The notes beneath the pieces were generated by a model. It was not told the DNA's origin, made no database searches, and saw only the letters and a program-made list of their open reading frames with translations. From positions 992,001-1,056,000 of the forward strand of contig JAKMXF010000222.1 of NCBI GenBank assembly GCA_024704765.1: DNA of 64,000 bases, written 5' to 3'. Both the position numbers and the translations under genes were made by a program. Numbering within the stretch: position 1 is the stretch's first letter; every line of letters begins with the position of its first letter. Of this stretch, positions 26,761-38,399 are shown piece by piece. Source of the stretch: Oopsacas minuta. Its lineage: Eukaryota; Animalia; Porifera.

Positions 26761-27929
26761 CCAACACAAATCCTGAAGTATGGTTGTTGTGTATTTCTAC
26801 ATCCAATAATTTAATCGCACATTGCACTGAATATACAAAATGTTACAATTACGAGTTTTGCTTGGAAAGTGAATAAACTGACATAATAGCACGGAAACCA
26901 AACTCACACATGTAATTTCTACATTTTTGAAGGCAGAATCTTTGTCCGAAGCTTGTTCCAGGGCACAGTATATCACTTGTTCTCACTCATTTTTCATCCT
27001 TTTTTAATCAGAGAGGAGCTTTCAAAATATATTACTGAAAAGCATCAGTACCATTATAATCCCAGAACGTATAAAAAAGTACCGAATTCCTGCCGAGGTC
27101 TCTTACTTAGGAGCTCGTTTGTTTGTAGGTTATAGAGATAATATTTTCAATCCATTTGCTCCTCGAAATCCTTGTCGAAATACCACTTTGCCTCAAAACT
27201 CCGACGATAAAAGTATGATCAAGAATCAGGAATCAGACTATTCTCCTCCTCCAGTGTACCTACCTCTACTACCAAAATGAATTCTAAAACTGTTAGGCTC
27301 ACTCATATATTGGTCGAAATTGGAAGAGTTCTGGTGGTATCACTTGTGACACAAGTACGTCAAGCTGGTAAAAATTGGAATCACCGATACAACATCAAGT
27401 CAAAACAATTTCTGACGGAGTATGTTGACCAGTGATCTTGAATTTACCTGATATGCGCCCTGAATCTCTTTGAATTTACTTGATATGCGCCCTGAATATC
27501 TATGAACTTGATGGAACGTGGTAACAAGTTGATCCACAAGCTATCCACTTGACAGAGTAGGGACCGAAATGCCAATTTCCAAGTACTTTTATTATTGGGA
27601 CAACAGTGATCCCAATACATACATCGTGTTTGATCAACTGCTGCTTCATATTCATAAATTGACTAAGTATGGCAGCCAGTGTTACTTTTTTTTTCCATTT
27701 GAACACACTTGCTTAAGTCAGTGGATAATGGGTTCACTGTTGATACCAGCCAAAAATTTTCACATTAAGGTAGGTCGTCAGTCACTTATGTTTGTAGTGA
27801 TTATGGAAAGGGATAACAAAACTCTTTGAAGTTCCTGGAATTATGATAACTGGTTACCACACTACTTCTAGATTCTATTTTGATGGATTTTATCAACCAG
27901 TCATGCCAAATGATTTTTCTATGTATGGT

Positions 27930-28749
27930 GCAAAAATTATATATCACTTCCTACACTAATATTGAACGACTGTGGTTACTAACGTTCTATAGGCAAAGAT
28001 GATAAGTCTCCTAACTTATCTACTGTCATGGTCTATCAGGGAAACGATTTGAAACGTTTCAGAACTGAGAAACTCCTTTCACACTCCCTGAAACTGACAA
28101 AAAGTCAGAAGCAATGTGTACTTTCGCCAAAGTAGGAAACGATCCTTGTAAAGGTTGGATTTCAAGAAGGAAATCACTTATTTAGTACTTCAGTTTGCCA
28201 TAGATAGTACGTTTTGCTAATATTGCTTCCTTTTTGAGTTATTCGTAATCTAAACTTTAGATATCAGAGAGTGGTAGGATACAAGCTGGTTTCAAAAAAG
28301 TTTTTGATTAAGGATAACAAACCTGCATCGTTCTAATTATAAACAGGTTTCGGGAATTTAAACGACTACTCAGCTCATTTACAAAACCGTCAAGAATAGG
28401 GAAATTATACCTTAATCCTGTATTGATGACTTGTCTACAAACACTTCCTTGAATTAGTTGATTCCAAGAGGACTTAGTCCTTCGACCGATCAAGTAGCTT
28501 AGATTATCGCTTCTGTGAAAATGAAGAAGTGATGGGCTGGACTTCGGGAAATTTGATTTCAGGAGCTGTCAGATATAAAATTTTCAAATGTCTCGATAGT
28601 TGTAGATATCAAGTCAGATGCTTTGCTCAATCGCACCCCTGTGTTTGTAACATCAAATAGTTTTTTCTAGGAAGAGAAGATTCGATCAAAGACAATGAGA
28701 TGGAGAAAAATAGAAGACTTTGCCTGTAACAGGAAACCACTACCCTCAA
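27930..28749 (-). pseudogene. 3' remnant of a ZMYM1-type hAT transposase
   Basis: EGSGFLLQAKSSIFLHLIVFDRIFS, FPILDGFVNELSSRL, and CERSFSVLKRFKSF..TMT.DKLGDLS.L.IE (dimerisation motif). Confidence 0.75.
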
Positions 28750-31360
28750 CACGGGTAACTGAAAAAAATTATGACGAAAAAATGAGGTCGTTGAGATTTT
28801 TCACTTTCTTATACAGAATTTTATGAGGAATCCGAGTATACACTCCAAAAAATTTTTATTTTATGCAAAAATTTATGAAATCAAAAAAATTCTGGCTACA
28901 ATAATTTTAACATATCCCCATTTTTAATATATTATCGTGATTCTTCGATGATATACTTCTTTCTAGAATTCAATTTAATTACTAGTTACCTAATAGAATT
29001 GATGTTTTTAACGCATTCCTATCCAAAATGTCATTACCATGGCAACAAAATGAAACGTAGGAATTTACGCAATAGTTTTCAATCTAGCTAAGTAGTACTT
29101 GTATGATATTACATTTAGGATATATACGTGTAATTATTGATGCTTAACCTTAACTTAACCAATTATTTTTATTCCAAATATAGTGTAATGTAGAACATGA
29201 CCTAGCTTATCATACTATGATTTATTTATGAAATTGACGAAGTTAACATCTGATACTGTGTTTAATAAGCACTCTGGAAATTTTTCATTTTCCTCTTGAC
29301 ATTTATATCTTGTCTCCCAAACTCTGCCAAATCTAGAATGGGCAGATTCAAATGCTTGTTCTGAAACTGATCCTAAACCCATTCCATCTGGAAGATAATT
29401 CCTGATAAACGGAATTAGGTGCCTACATAGAACATGAACTTTTGTAGAGCAAGAAAGTCCTGATTGTTTAAATGATTGTTCAAAATGATATACTGCCATT
29501 TTGAAATCTCCCTTTATGTGTTTCCCGAAGCAAGAATCAACAACATCCCTGAATTTTACAAGCGTGATATAAGACGAATTACTCTTCGGAAACCCGAGTT
29601 CCAATACCTCCTTTGTGATTTTCCTCATTGCATTACCTTCAAATGCTCCTCTATGGTAAGCACTTCTATGAATATTCAGTTTTTTTAGTGTTGCTTCATG
29701 GTGTTCTTTTTCGTCGTCAGACATTGTGATGAGGATAGCATCGTATAACTTCTGTCCTATCCCAAGTAACAAATGTAACTCGGGAAGATTAAACATTTGC
29801 ATGAAATCTACCAGCTATACATTTAGTGCTTGGCGATCCTCAATACCATCGCAATTAATTGCATAATTCTTAGAATCCCCCTGATACATATCTTGAAGCT
29901 TTTGAAACATCTCTAGATGGTGAGCAGATGATCGTTCTTCCCACTGAACACTGTCTAAACCCCTTCTATTGTCCCAAGTACACCATATACAAGGGTGACG
30001 TCCGTTAATTATTCCCAAGCAATAACTAGCAGCTTTCAAATCTACCGTAAATGAAACGTTGTATTCTTCCATCAGTCGTTTTATCTGGTCATCTTGAAGC
30101 ATAACGGAGAAGTTATAATTACACTCAGGGGCACTCATAACCCATAGATAAACCAGGTTATCGACAGAATTATCATTCTGTATACACATAAGTAGTTTAG
30201 TGAAACCACGACCAAAGTCTAATCCAAGCTTGAAATAAAGATCATGTACCGATATTTCTCCGCTGATATTAAAGATCTTTTCTATTAGGGCATCGATATT
30301 GCAACATCTCACTATCCAAGAGTTCCTTTATTCTGACTTGTATTTCTCTTTACTATAGTCCAGCTCAATCTGGATGCATTCGTATATTTCATCGCACAAC
30401 AAATGTCGTTCTCTATAGTAGCTATCCATTGATGGACATGGTACTCCAACATCTCTAATAATTCGAGTTACTACCTTTAACTGTTTTTAGACAATGACAT
30501 TCCTGAACACTTCAAATTCGCGATGTGAGAGAAGTCCATTTTTGATAATTTAGCTGGACGTTCGTCAGTACTGGAAGAGGAGACAGAGAGATGAAACGAA
30601 TTCCCACCTGAAGTTTTAGGGAACTGAATTGAATATTTGTTGTGGCTACATTCATGTAATCTTTGGTATACATTATCACCAACGAATGCATCAATAGCGT
30701 TATGGTGTTCCAACATGTTATGTGCGTTGGTAATCAATGTCTTTGTCAAACAGATATGATTAACTCCAGGACTAACACGACTCGCACATTTGTTGCATAT
30801 CTTGATTGTCTTTTGAGGTGAATTGATTGTTGGTCTTCCTGGCTTTATATGGATTATCGAAGATGAAGTTTGATTCTTGCGGCCGAACCTTGAACTCTCG
30901 GTACACATTGAACATAAGTTCCCAATGTGGCAGGTGTTTAAGTGCGTGTTACGAATTACGGGCCAATCATATCGTGCGGGTGTTTTCCTCGTCGTATCCC
31001 CTGAGGACTAAGTAAACAAGTAGAGCTTACAAGTATTACACACGATGTAAGGGTGATTATCTTCTAAAATATTGATTGGTTCCAAATATTGGTTCTATAA
31101 TTCACCTAACTTAGTGTCCTTTAGGTGATTATTCCTTAAAACACTTTTGCCAACTTTCGAACAACACCAGCGACAAATTCTAGTTTTTGCATGTTCATGT
31201 TTCGTTTCTTCACTCATTTGCTTTAACTGAATTAATCAATAATTACACGTATATATCCTAAATGTAATATCATACAAGTACTACTTAGCTAGATTGAAAA
31301 CTATTGCGTAAATTCCTACGTTTCATTATGTTGCTATGGTAATGACATTTTGGATAGGAC
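28750..31360 (-). mobile_element. Chapaev-type DNA transposon, one outer end uncertain
   Basis: Chapaev transposase pseudogene flanked by a 125-bp near-perfect inverted repeat (29017-29141 / 31235-31359). Possible CAC-start terminus CACGGGTAAC at 28750, where the hAT remnant stops. Confidence 0.7.
29215..31217 (-). pseudogene. Chapaev transposase (Chapa Zn-binding N-terminus plus DDE core)
   Basis: MSEETKHEHAKTRICRWC and DNHPYIVCNTC (Chapa-like H..CRxC / HP...CxxC), KLGLDFGRGFTK, TVDLKAASYCLG..HPCIWCTW, LPELHLLLG, FEGNAMRKI, STKVHVLCRHL, LGSVSEQAFESAH. Frameshifts and stops. Confidence 0.8.
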
Positions 31361-31533
31361 CATCCACGTACAATAGGGTGGAAATTTAAAAGTCTCCAAT
31401 TTTTGCCAGTGAGATACCAAAAGATACGAATCCAAAAATTTCGATAAAATTAACGTTAATTGAGGCTTCTTCTTGATCATGGACGTGAACTTTGGAATCA
31501 CGGTGTTCCCACTTAGTCAATGATAGATATTTA

Positions 31534-32869
31534 CAGTACAATTCATAATTATTGCTACTTTGGCTTCATATCAAACCAAGTCTACATATAGATTCGAATG
31601 TATTTGACTTTAGGTAGCTTCCTTCTTGTTCTACAGGTAGTTTTACTATGTTTGATGTAATTTTAGTGCAAATTGAATTTTTGATAGCTGTTTGTATTAT
31701 TAGGCATTTATATCTACTGATTGCGTCATCATTACTAAGCATATAGGGCTTTGAATAATCAAGCGATTTTAGACAAAGGTAGTGAGTAATTGTGGAGACA
31801 TTAATGTCACTTTTCTGGCAGATTTATTCCGCTATTCCATTGCATGGTTTTTGCCTATCACTAGACACATATTTGGTACAGGATAACGTGATTTTCTTCC
31901 GTAGATTGTCTGGCATACCAGCTCCTCTCTTGTGATTCAATGTTTTCCCTTTATTTAAACGCTCCTTTATCCTGCAAACAGTTGTCTTGTTTACACCACA
32001 CACCCGCGCGATTTCAATGGTAGAGTGCTTTCTTCCCTGGAGTATTGCTACAACCTTGTTTCTAGTTGCTCCTGGGCTATCAAGAGATCAAATCAATGTT
32101 AAGCGAAAAGAAAATCTAACTCAAAGATAAACGTGCCAACACTAACTGAAAAAATCGACTGGCACGTATGAGTGGGCTACAAAGTATAAATATCGAAATT
32201 GGTGCCATGTTGTGTTTCCAGATGAAGCTAGTTTCTGTATTCATTGTGGTTGAGTGCGAATGTGGTGTAAAGGTCCTAAGAGAATTTATCAACCAACAGT
32301 CAAGCACTCAGCAAAGGTACACATATGGGCTACATTTTCCTCATTTGGCACCATCCCTCTGTGTATTATTCAGAGAATCTAGATTCACACTTCTTTGTCG
32401 AAATTTTGAAGTGGCATTTGTTGGAGGACGCCGATATCTTTCATGGCACATGGTGGTTTTTGATTCAAGATAACGACCCGAAACAACTAGTCGTAGGTGC
32501 AAGACTTGGATGGTCGAAAATATGCCAAATAATCATCTAGATTGACCAAGTCAAAGTCCGATATGAACCCTAAAGAAAATCTATTCGGTTGGATGAAATA
32601 CAATTTCAACCGAGATAAACCTAAGACAATTTAAGACCTGAAAGCACGACTAGGGGATATTTGGGATTCTATCACCCCAGAAATGATTGAACCTTACTAT
32701 AGTTCAATGACACGCCGGTTCCAGACGGTACTAGAAAATAACGGTTATAGGATCAATTATTGAGCCTAACATTCATATTTCACATCTGAATTATGTAGCT
32801 TGATGATCGATTAGCACAGTGTATAATAACCGCGCAAATATGGAGTTGCAATAATTATGAATTATACTG
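31534..32869 (+). mobile_element. Tc1 (DD34E-type) element with an internally inverted 5' coding segment
   Basis: 22-bp TIRs CAGTAYAATTCATAATTATTGC (1 mismatch) with TA flanks. Plus strand gives VFPDEASF, QDNDPK and PSQSPDMNPKEN. The N-terminal HTH (RNKVVAILQG..IARVCGVNKTTVCRI..RGAG.P) is on the minus strand at ~31720-32090. Confidence 0.85.
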
Positions 32870-32879
32870 TAGATTGGCA

Positions 32880-34060
32880 ACACTGGTTACCAATCTCAGT
32901 CAAGTTCACAACATTGAGCTCCCGACTTAGTTACGTTCATGGAAACTGAGGTCACTGTTGACTCACTCGTGTAGTTGTATAAATTGGAGAAACCACTGCA
33001 TGTGACACATCAAGTTCATTGAAATTAGGATCACTGGATCCGCTTCAAGCCAAGTTCGTAGAAATGTAGTTCGCTGATGTTCCTAATCCTAAAAATACTG
33101 AGAAATGGGGTAACTGTAGCTACGAATCTTTCAACTACTTGAGGATTGCGGTCACTAGTCATCCCATTCCATCATGCTCTTACGAATATGACTCAGTTTT
33201 GTCCTTACTCGGTTAAGCTCGTGGTAACAACTATCTTTTAGATCTTAACTAGGCAAATGGGTCAACTCGAAACGCCATTTCAAAGAGTTTCACACTCTAT
33301 TAAACAGATATAATAGGAAAACAAGTGAGCAAATTTCTGTCAACTGAACGTTGTGTAGACTCCAGTGATCCCACTATAGACTAACTTGACTAAATGGAGT
33401 TCCCAAATCCCAAATTTTGCCAAATGAATTATGTGGAGAAGCTAGCGTGACAAATATCTGTGAAGTTTAATGATTGGGAACACCATTGATCTACATTTCT
33501 AGGAACTTAGTTCAAAGGGGTCAATAATGATGCTAATTTACGAGCTTTACGAACTGGTGTATCCCGTGAACCCAACTTCCATGAACTTGACATAGTTGGG
33601 ACACCAGTACCCAACATTTTACTAACTTTATTGATTTGTTTCAAGAGTGATACCAATAATATCATGCTTGATTGCATTGTGGCCTTAATTTTCAATGATT
33701 GACTTACAGTGACGACCAGTGACACCAATTTCGACTAATTTACTATTTGGCTCAGCAGTGCTATCATTCATTTCTACAATCTTGATGGAGTGGTGTCACC
33801 AGCGGTGTCATCTGTGGTATCCCTAAATTCTACGAATACACGAGTTAGATATCAGTGTCAAAATATATACTTATCGTGAGGTGTGTATACTTGAAGGGGA
33901 ATAATTGTATCAATCCATATCTTGTGAGTACAATCATTTTGATACCAGAGGTGGGACACTTTGGAGGGCGAAAGTCACGGTTTGATTCCTAAAACTTAAC
34001 CAAACTTTCATCTTCTGAATTATGATGCCAAATGAGATTACATGGTAGAATTAAAGGAGG
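32880..34060. repeat. Degenerate ~39-40-bp tandem repeat family, in both orientations
   Basis: Recurrent units resembling TCAAGTTCGTWGAAATTGGRGTCACTG, forward at 32880-33250 and reverse at ~33350-33900. 33590-33790 aligns by eye to 46940-47140, and CAAACTTTCATCTTCTGAA is shared with ~47936. Confidence 0.55.
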
Positions 34061-35315
34061 AAATGGATTGAAGTGTTGGAACCGAGATTTTACCCGAAAA
34101 CTGTTGCAACAAATAATATAATATCTCCATTGTATGTACTTTGCAAGCTTCTGCAATTTTAAACAGATCTTTGCTTAATATTTTACTAGAAGCAGTAACC
34201 GTGGCATCCAAAAGCGTTTAAAAGTACCAAATATATACTGACGTCCCTCGCAAAGATTCAAGTTTGTCTTACAGTTTAATTGAAATACTTTAATCCAGTG
34301 CACAGTGGCACACCCCCTGGAAATTGGTCAAAATTTCAATCCGATATTTAGTTGCCATTTAAAGTTCATTGGAAAGAGAAATATCCAATTACTTGAAATA
34401 TCTAAAATTGTTATGATCCATCATTTAGTTTAGGAACAACTGGAATGTATATAAGCATTACAATTTCTTGCTCAGAAATTATTCTTGAAAACCACAGATA
34501 TTCATTTATATCAATGAACTTAAATTCCAGTATCTAAGCAACTAATACATTCCAAAGACTTCATTCCATTGCATTTTCGACTACTCTCTTATTATAGTGA
34601 TTATATAAGCGGAGTTCAAATAATAAATCCTTAAAATAGCTCAAATATTTTGATAAATTTTTCTGTTAGATATTTCTGTCGTCACTCAACTTCGAAGTCT
34701 CATAACTTCATCTGTTGCGTTCTGTCAAGTTGCCTCCGTAGTTTTATAATATGGCATTTTTAATTCTCTATAAATACAACAATTTCCAGGTTCCCAAAAT
34801 TCGCACAAATTTAGTTTCAATCACATGAACTTTTTAATTTATCTAATATTTTAAAAATTCTCTTTCAAAATTAATATAAATATTATGGTTGATTAGCGAT
34901 ATAATCAAAACGGAAAGTTATTTACATTTTATGTTCGTGTTTACAAAATTCAGCTTGTAATTAATATAAATAAATGTTCCCATCACGTATTTTTACAAAG
35001 ATTCCATTAAAAAATCAACACTCTTCTACTGTGAGAAAAAGTTTCGTCAAAAGTTCCTTAATTCTTAGATTTCAGAATATGTATTTTATAAGCTTATAAA
35101 ACAAACATGCAAAAAATATATATAATCTTACTTTTTGCCCTGTATTTACAATATTGTTAATAAATAATATATTAATTATCTAGAAAGTGAACAACCTTCA
35201 AGCTTTTCAGTTTTATTGTGAGCATAAATTACTTAGCACCGTTCAATCGCAGACCAATTTATTTCAACTCATGGTTTTGATCGAGATCAGCAAAATTTCT
35301 TTCGTCTGAAGTTCA

Positions 35316-37093
35316 ATGATATTCAAAAAAGATAGAGCCTCTTTTCATAAATTTTCGGACCTTGATACTTGGAATTCCATGTGCTTCTGTCCTCTGCCAA
35401 AGAAGCCTAGGTTAAGTGCCTCTTCTTCATTAACCATTAACTTTGAAGAAGACTTTAATCTTTCAAAAAAGATATCCCTCGCTGACTTAACGACCAAAGG
35501 TTTGAGAAATCGGCCCTCTTCTCTTTAGTCTCACATCAAGTCAGTCGCTGAAAACGAGCATGTATCTCCAAAGACTTGCAACGTATCTCTTACCACTTTG
35601 TTGCAATGGGGAGCAGGACATGAATAGTGGCAATGTTTGTAAAGAGATACTCGAGAAGGGAAACTCATCTCCTATCTATCCACAATTATCACTTGATAAA
35701 TCTGCCTTTCTTTTCGATTCGCTTGAGATCCGTAAAACTAAGTACTTAGAACTTCGGCGTACATTAATATCTGAAGACCTCAAGTTACCAGGCTACAATA
35801 GTGTGGCTAAACATCGGGCTCAAATTAATTTGCTGGAGGAGGTGCGTATAATTCATGGAGAATTTCCATGTGGAGTAGGTATTTCTTACATCAGACTACT
35901 CAGCCATATAGTTGAACGAATTGTATCTAACTTAAGTCCTGATACCCTCGTATATCCGCTTAAAGTTCGAGTATCCGATGGCTTAGATGGATCTGGGTGT
36001 CATCGAGTTTACCAGCAAGCTATATCTAACCCTGACCTCTCGACCAAAACCATCATTTTATTTGGTTTCAAGGTTAACGCAATCATAAATGCAAATGATC
36101 ATATCCTATGGAAACCTCATCATCCGAATTCGCCATTTTGCACTGGACCAGTTACCCTTTTAGCCCTTCCAGAAAATGAAGAGAGTGTCAAGTTTTTGAT
36201 GGACTCATTAATAAATAACGAAACTTTAACCATTGAAGAGAGTGGTTGTGTTTACACAATAGCAATGCAGAGGTCAAGATCATAAGATTTCATTTCGATA
36301 TAAAGATGGAAAAATCTGAAGCGGTGCTGGTGGTGCTAATTGTCAAATGTGTACTGCTACGTTCCAACAGATACACGATATTAGCATAGTTCAAAATGTC
36401 TTTCCCATAAATAGAACTATCCGTGATGCACGTGATGTATTTGATGAGGTTGATGAGGAAGAATTTTTATCTTTGCCAACAAATCAAAGATTCAATTTAA
36501 CACACAAACCGATCTCAGAAAAAGATATCATGTCAGCTTCCCTTCTACATACATATTTGAGAACAATTAGTTGGTTCCTATTATTGATTTGCCATTTACA
36601 GTGTGGTGCTATCCAAAAATGGTCACCAACTTCGCCAATAATTCTTGGGGTCAAGAAATTTATTACTAGCCTTATTGAAGAAAAACTTAGTATATCAATT
36701 GACACACCATCAGTCCAAGGAGGAACCACCACAACCGGAAATGTTGTTCGGAGATGCTTCACACGTAGCGATGATACTGTGGAAGATTTTCTCTATTGGG
36801 TATTGACGGTTGTTCCTCAAGAGACACATCAAGTTGTCACTACAATCTTTAATAATTTGAGTGCTATCCAGAGATTGTATAATAGCAACAGGAAAGTGGA
36901 TACTGAAGGCCTTGATAATTTATGCCGAGAGACTTACGAATCCATTTTAACCAATTTTTCATGGGCACATGTAACCCCTACTTTACATAAACTTCTAGCC
37001 CATGCACCACAAATAATTGCAGATCATTACGATGGGTTTGGCTTAGAAGATTTGTCTGAAGAAGGCCTTGAATCTTGTAATAAATTGGTCAGG
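35316..37093 (+). pseudogene. Transib/RAG1-like transposase of copy A', truncated just after the catalytic Glu
   Basis: ORFs 35316-35528, 35560-36285 and 36347-37114. The sequence diverges from copy A after ...ESCNKLVR at 37093. Confidence 0.9.
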
Positions 37094-37823
37094 GGCACGA
37101 CTGAATATTGCTAAGAAACTCTTGGAAACTTCTGAGAACTGCGATTCTAGACTCCTAACAAAGATTATTACTGGCGACGAGACGTGGGTGTACTATTCAA
37201 CACCATATAGCAAGTATAAGAAGCGATCATGGGTGAGGGGGACGAACAACCGACCAAAATTCCTAGGCCCGACTTCAGAAAACCTAAGATTATGTATACC
37301 ATCTTCTTCTATAGTCACGGAATTGTCTTGCAATTACCTTGGTGAGAGTGTCAAGGCTGTTACTGCTACTTTCTTTACAGAACAAGTGCTTCCAAATTTG
37401 ATAAAAAATATAGAAAAGTACCGCCCGAAAACCGCAACTCGAGGAATGAAGATTTTAATTGATAACGACAGTTCCCATACAGCTAAGCATACCAAAATTT
37501 ATTGGATGTAGAAGGTTAGAATTACTTCCCATCCACCATACTCACCAGACCCAGCTCCGTGTGATTTTGGCTATTCCTTAATCTTAAAATCTACCTTCAA
37601 GGCAAAGATTTTAATACATTACAAGCACTCGGAACTGGCCTGTACCAGTACTTCAAATCCATCCCCGAAGAAGAGTACAGAAATGTGTTTTACAAGTGGT
37701 GGAAAGGTTGAAACTTTGTGTATCTGCTGGAGGGGATTACTTTGAATAAATACTATAGTGAATTAATGTGTATAGGTTTGTATCATGTTCTATGATCTCA
37801 CCCGCAAGACTTATTGAACGCCC
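37094..37823 (+). mobile_element. 3' half of a mariner (DD34D-type) element inside copy A'
   Basis: Near-identical to the reverse complement of ~41107-41835 (ITGDETWVYY, YSPDPAPCDF). Ends ...CTTATTGAACGCCC|TA about 40 bp inside the Transib 3' end. Confidence 0.9.
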
Positions 37824-38399
37824 TAGTACCTACCTCCAGGTTTTAGCCATTTTGTGCCACTGTGCAATCCCGCAATGATATCTCATTTGGAATCATTATT
37901 CAGTCGATGAAAGTTTGATCAAGATTCAAGATTCAAAGCCTAACTCCCTCTAATGTTGTCTGGCTCTACGATCAAATTATGTATTCACAAGTTTCAGGAT
38001 TAAAAGCGGTACTCCCCTTCGAATGCACCCTTCCTCCATTATAAAAACAATTGTAAAATTGTTGCACTCACTTGTGTATTAGTCCAAATTGTGAAACAAC
38101 TGGTCATATCAGTGGTAACACCACTACTTCGAGTTCGTTGAAATTGGTGTCACAGGTTACGCCACTAGGTAATGCTGGTATAAATCGGGATCATTGTTGA
38201 CTCATTTGGAACAAGTTTGTCCATTCGAAACAACCTGCCCCAAATGAACACCCAGCATTTTGATAGAGCGACCCGCTGATTTTTAAGTAATTCAGAATTT
38301 ATAACAATTCATATTATATTCTTTAATTAACAAGTTTCTAGCAACAATTTCGAATTCTAAATGGATAACCAGGAGATATAATTTTCTTCTCTATCAACC

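Larger units (their letters stand above)
34301..37864 (+). mobile_element. Transib/RAG1-like transposon, copy A' (inverted, ~99% identical to copy A), 3' part replaced by a mariner half
   Basis: Starts CACAGTGGCACACCCCCTGGAAATTGGTCAAAATTT and ends GGTTTTAGCCATTTTGTGCCACTGTG. 34301-37093 is the reverse complement of ~23146-25937, giving identical translated ORFs up to the junction. Flanks CAGTG/CAATC are not a TSD. Confidence 0.92.

Noticed and set aside
25940-27300. Rolling-circle origin (stem-loop with NANTATTAC) or capsid gene for the Rep-like fossil
   Set aside because: No matching nonanucleotide in a hairpin was found; ATATATTAC near 27030 does not fit the pattern and has no stem. No capsid-like ORF was recognised.
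27436-27500. Two tandem copies of a ~31-bp unit (TTGAATTTACYTGATATGCGCCCTGAAT)
   Set aside because: A simple local slippage duplication within a degenerate repeat patch, with no further structure.
22661-37864. A RAG2-like partner gene for the RAG1-like elements
   Set aside because: The elements have only ~0.9 kb and ~0.3 kb of AT-rich non-coding sequence around the transposase. No kelch or PHD-like ORF is visible inside or between the copies.
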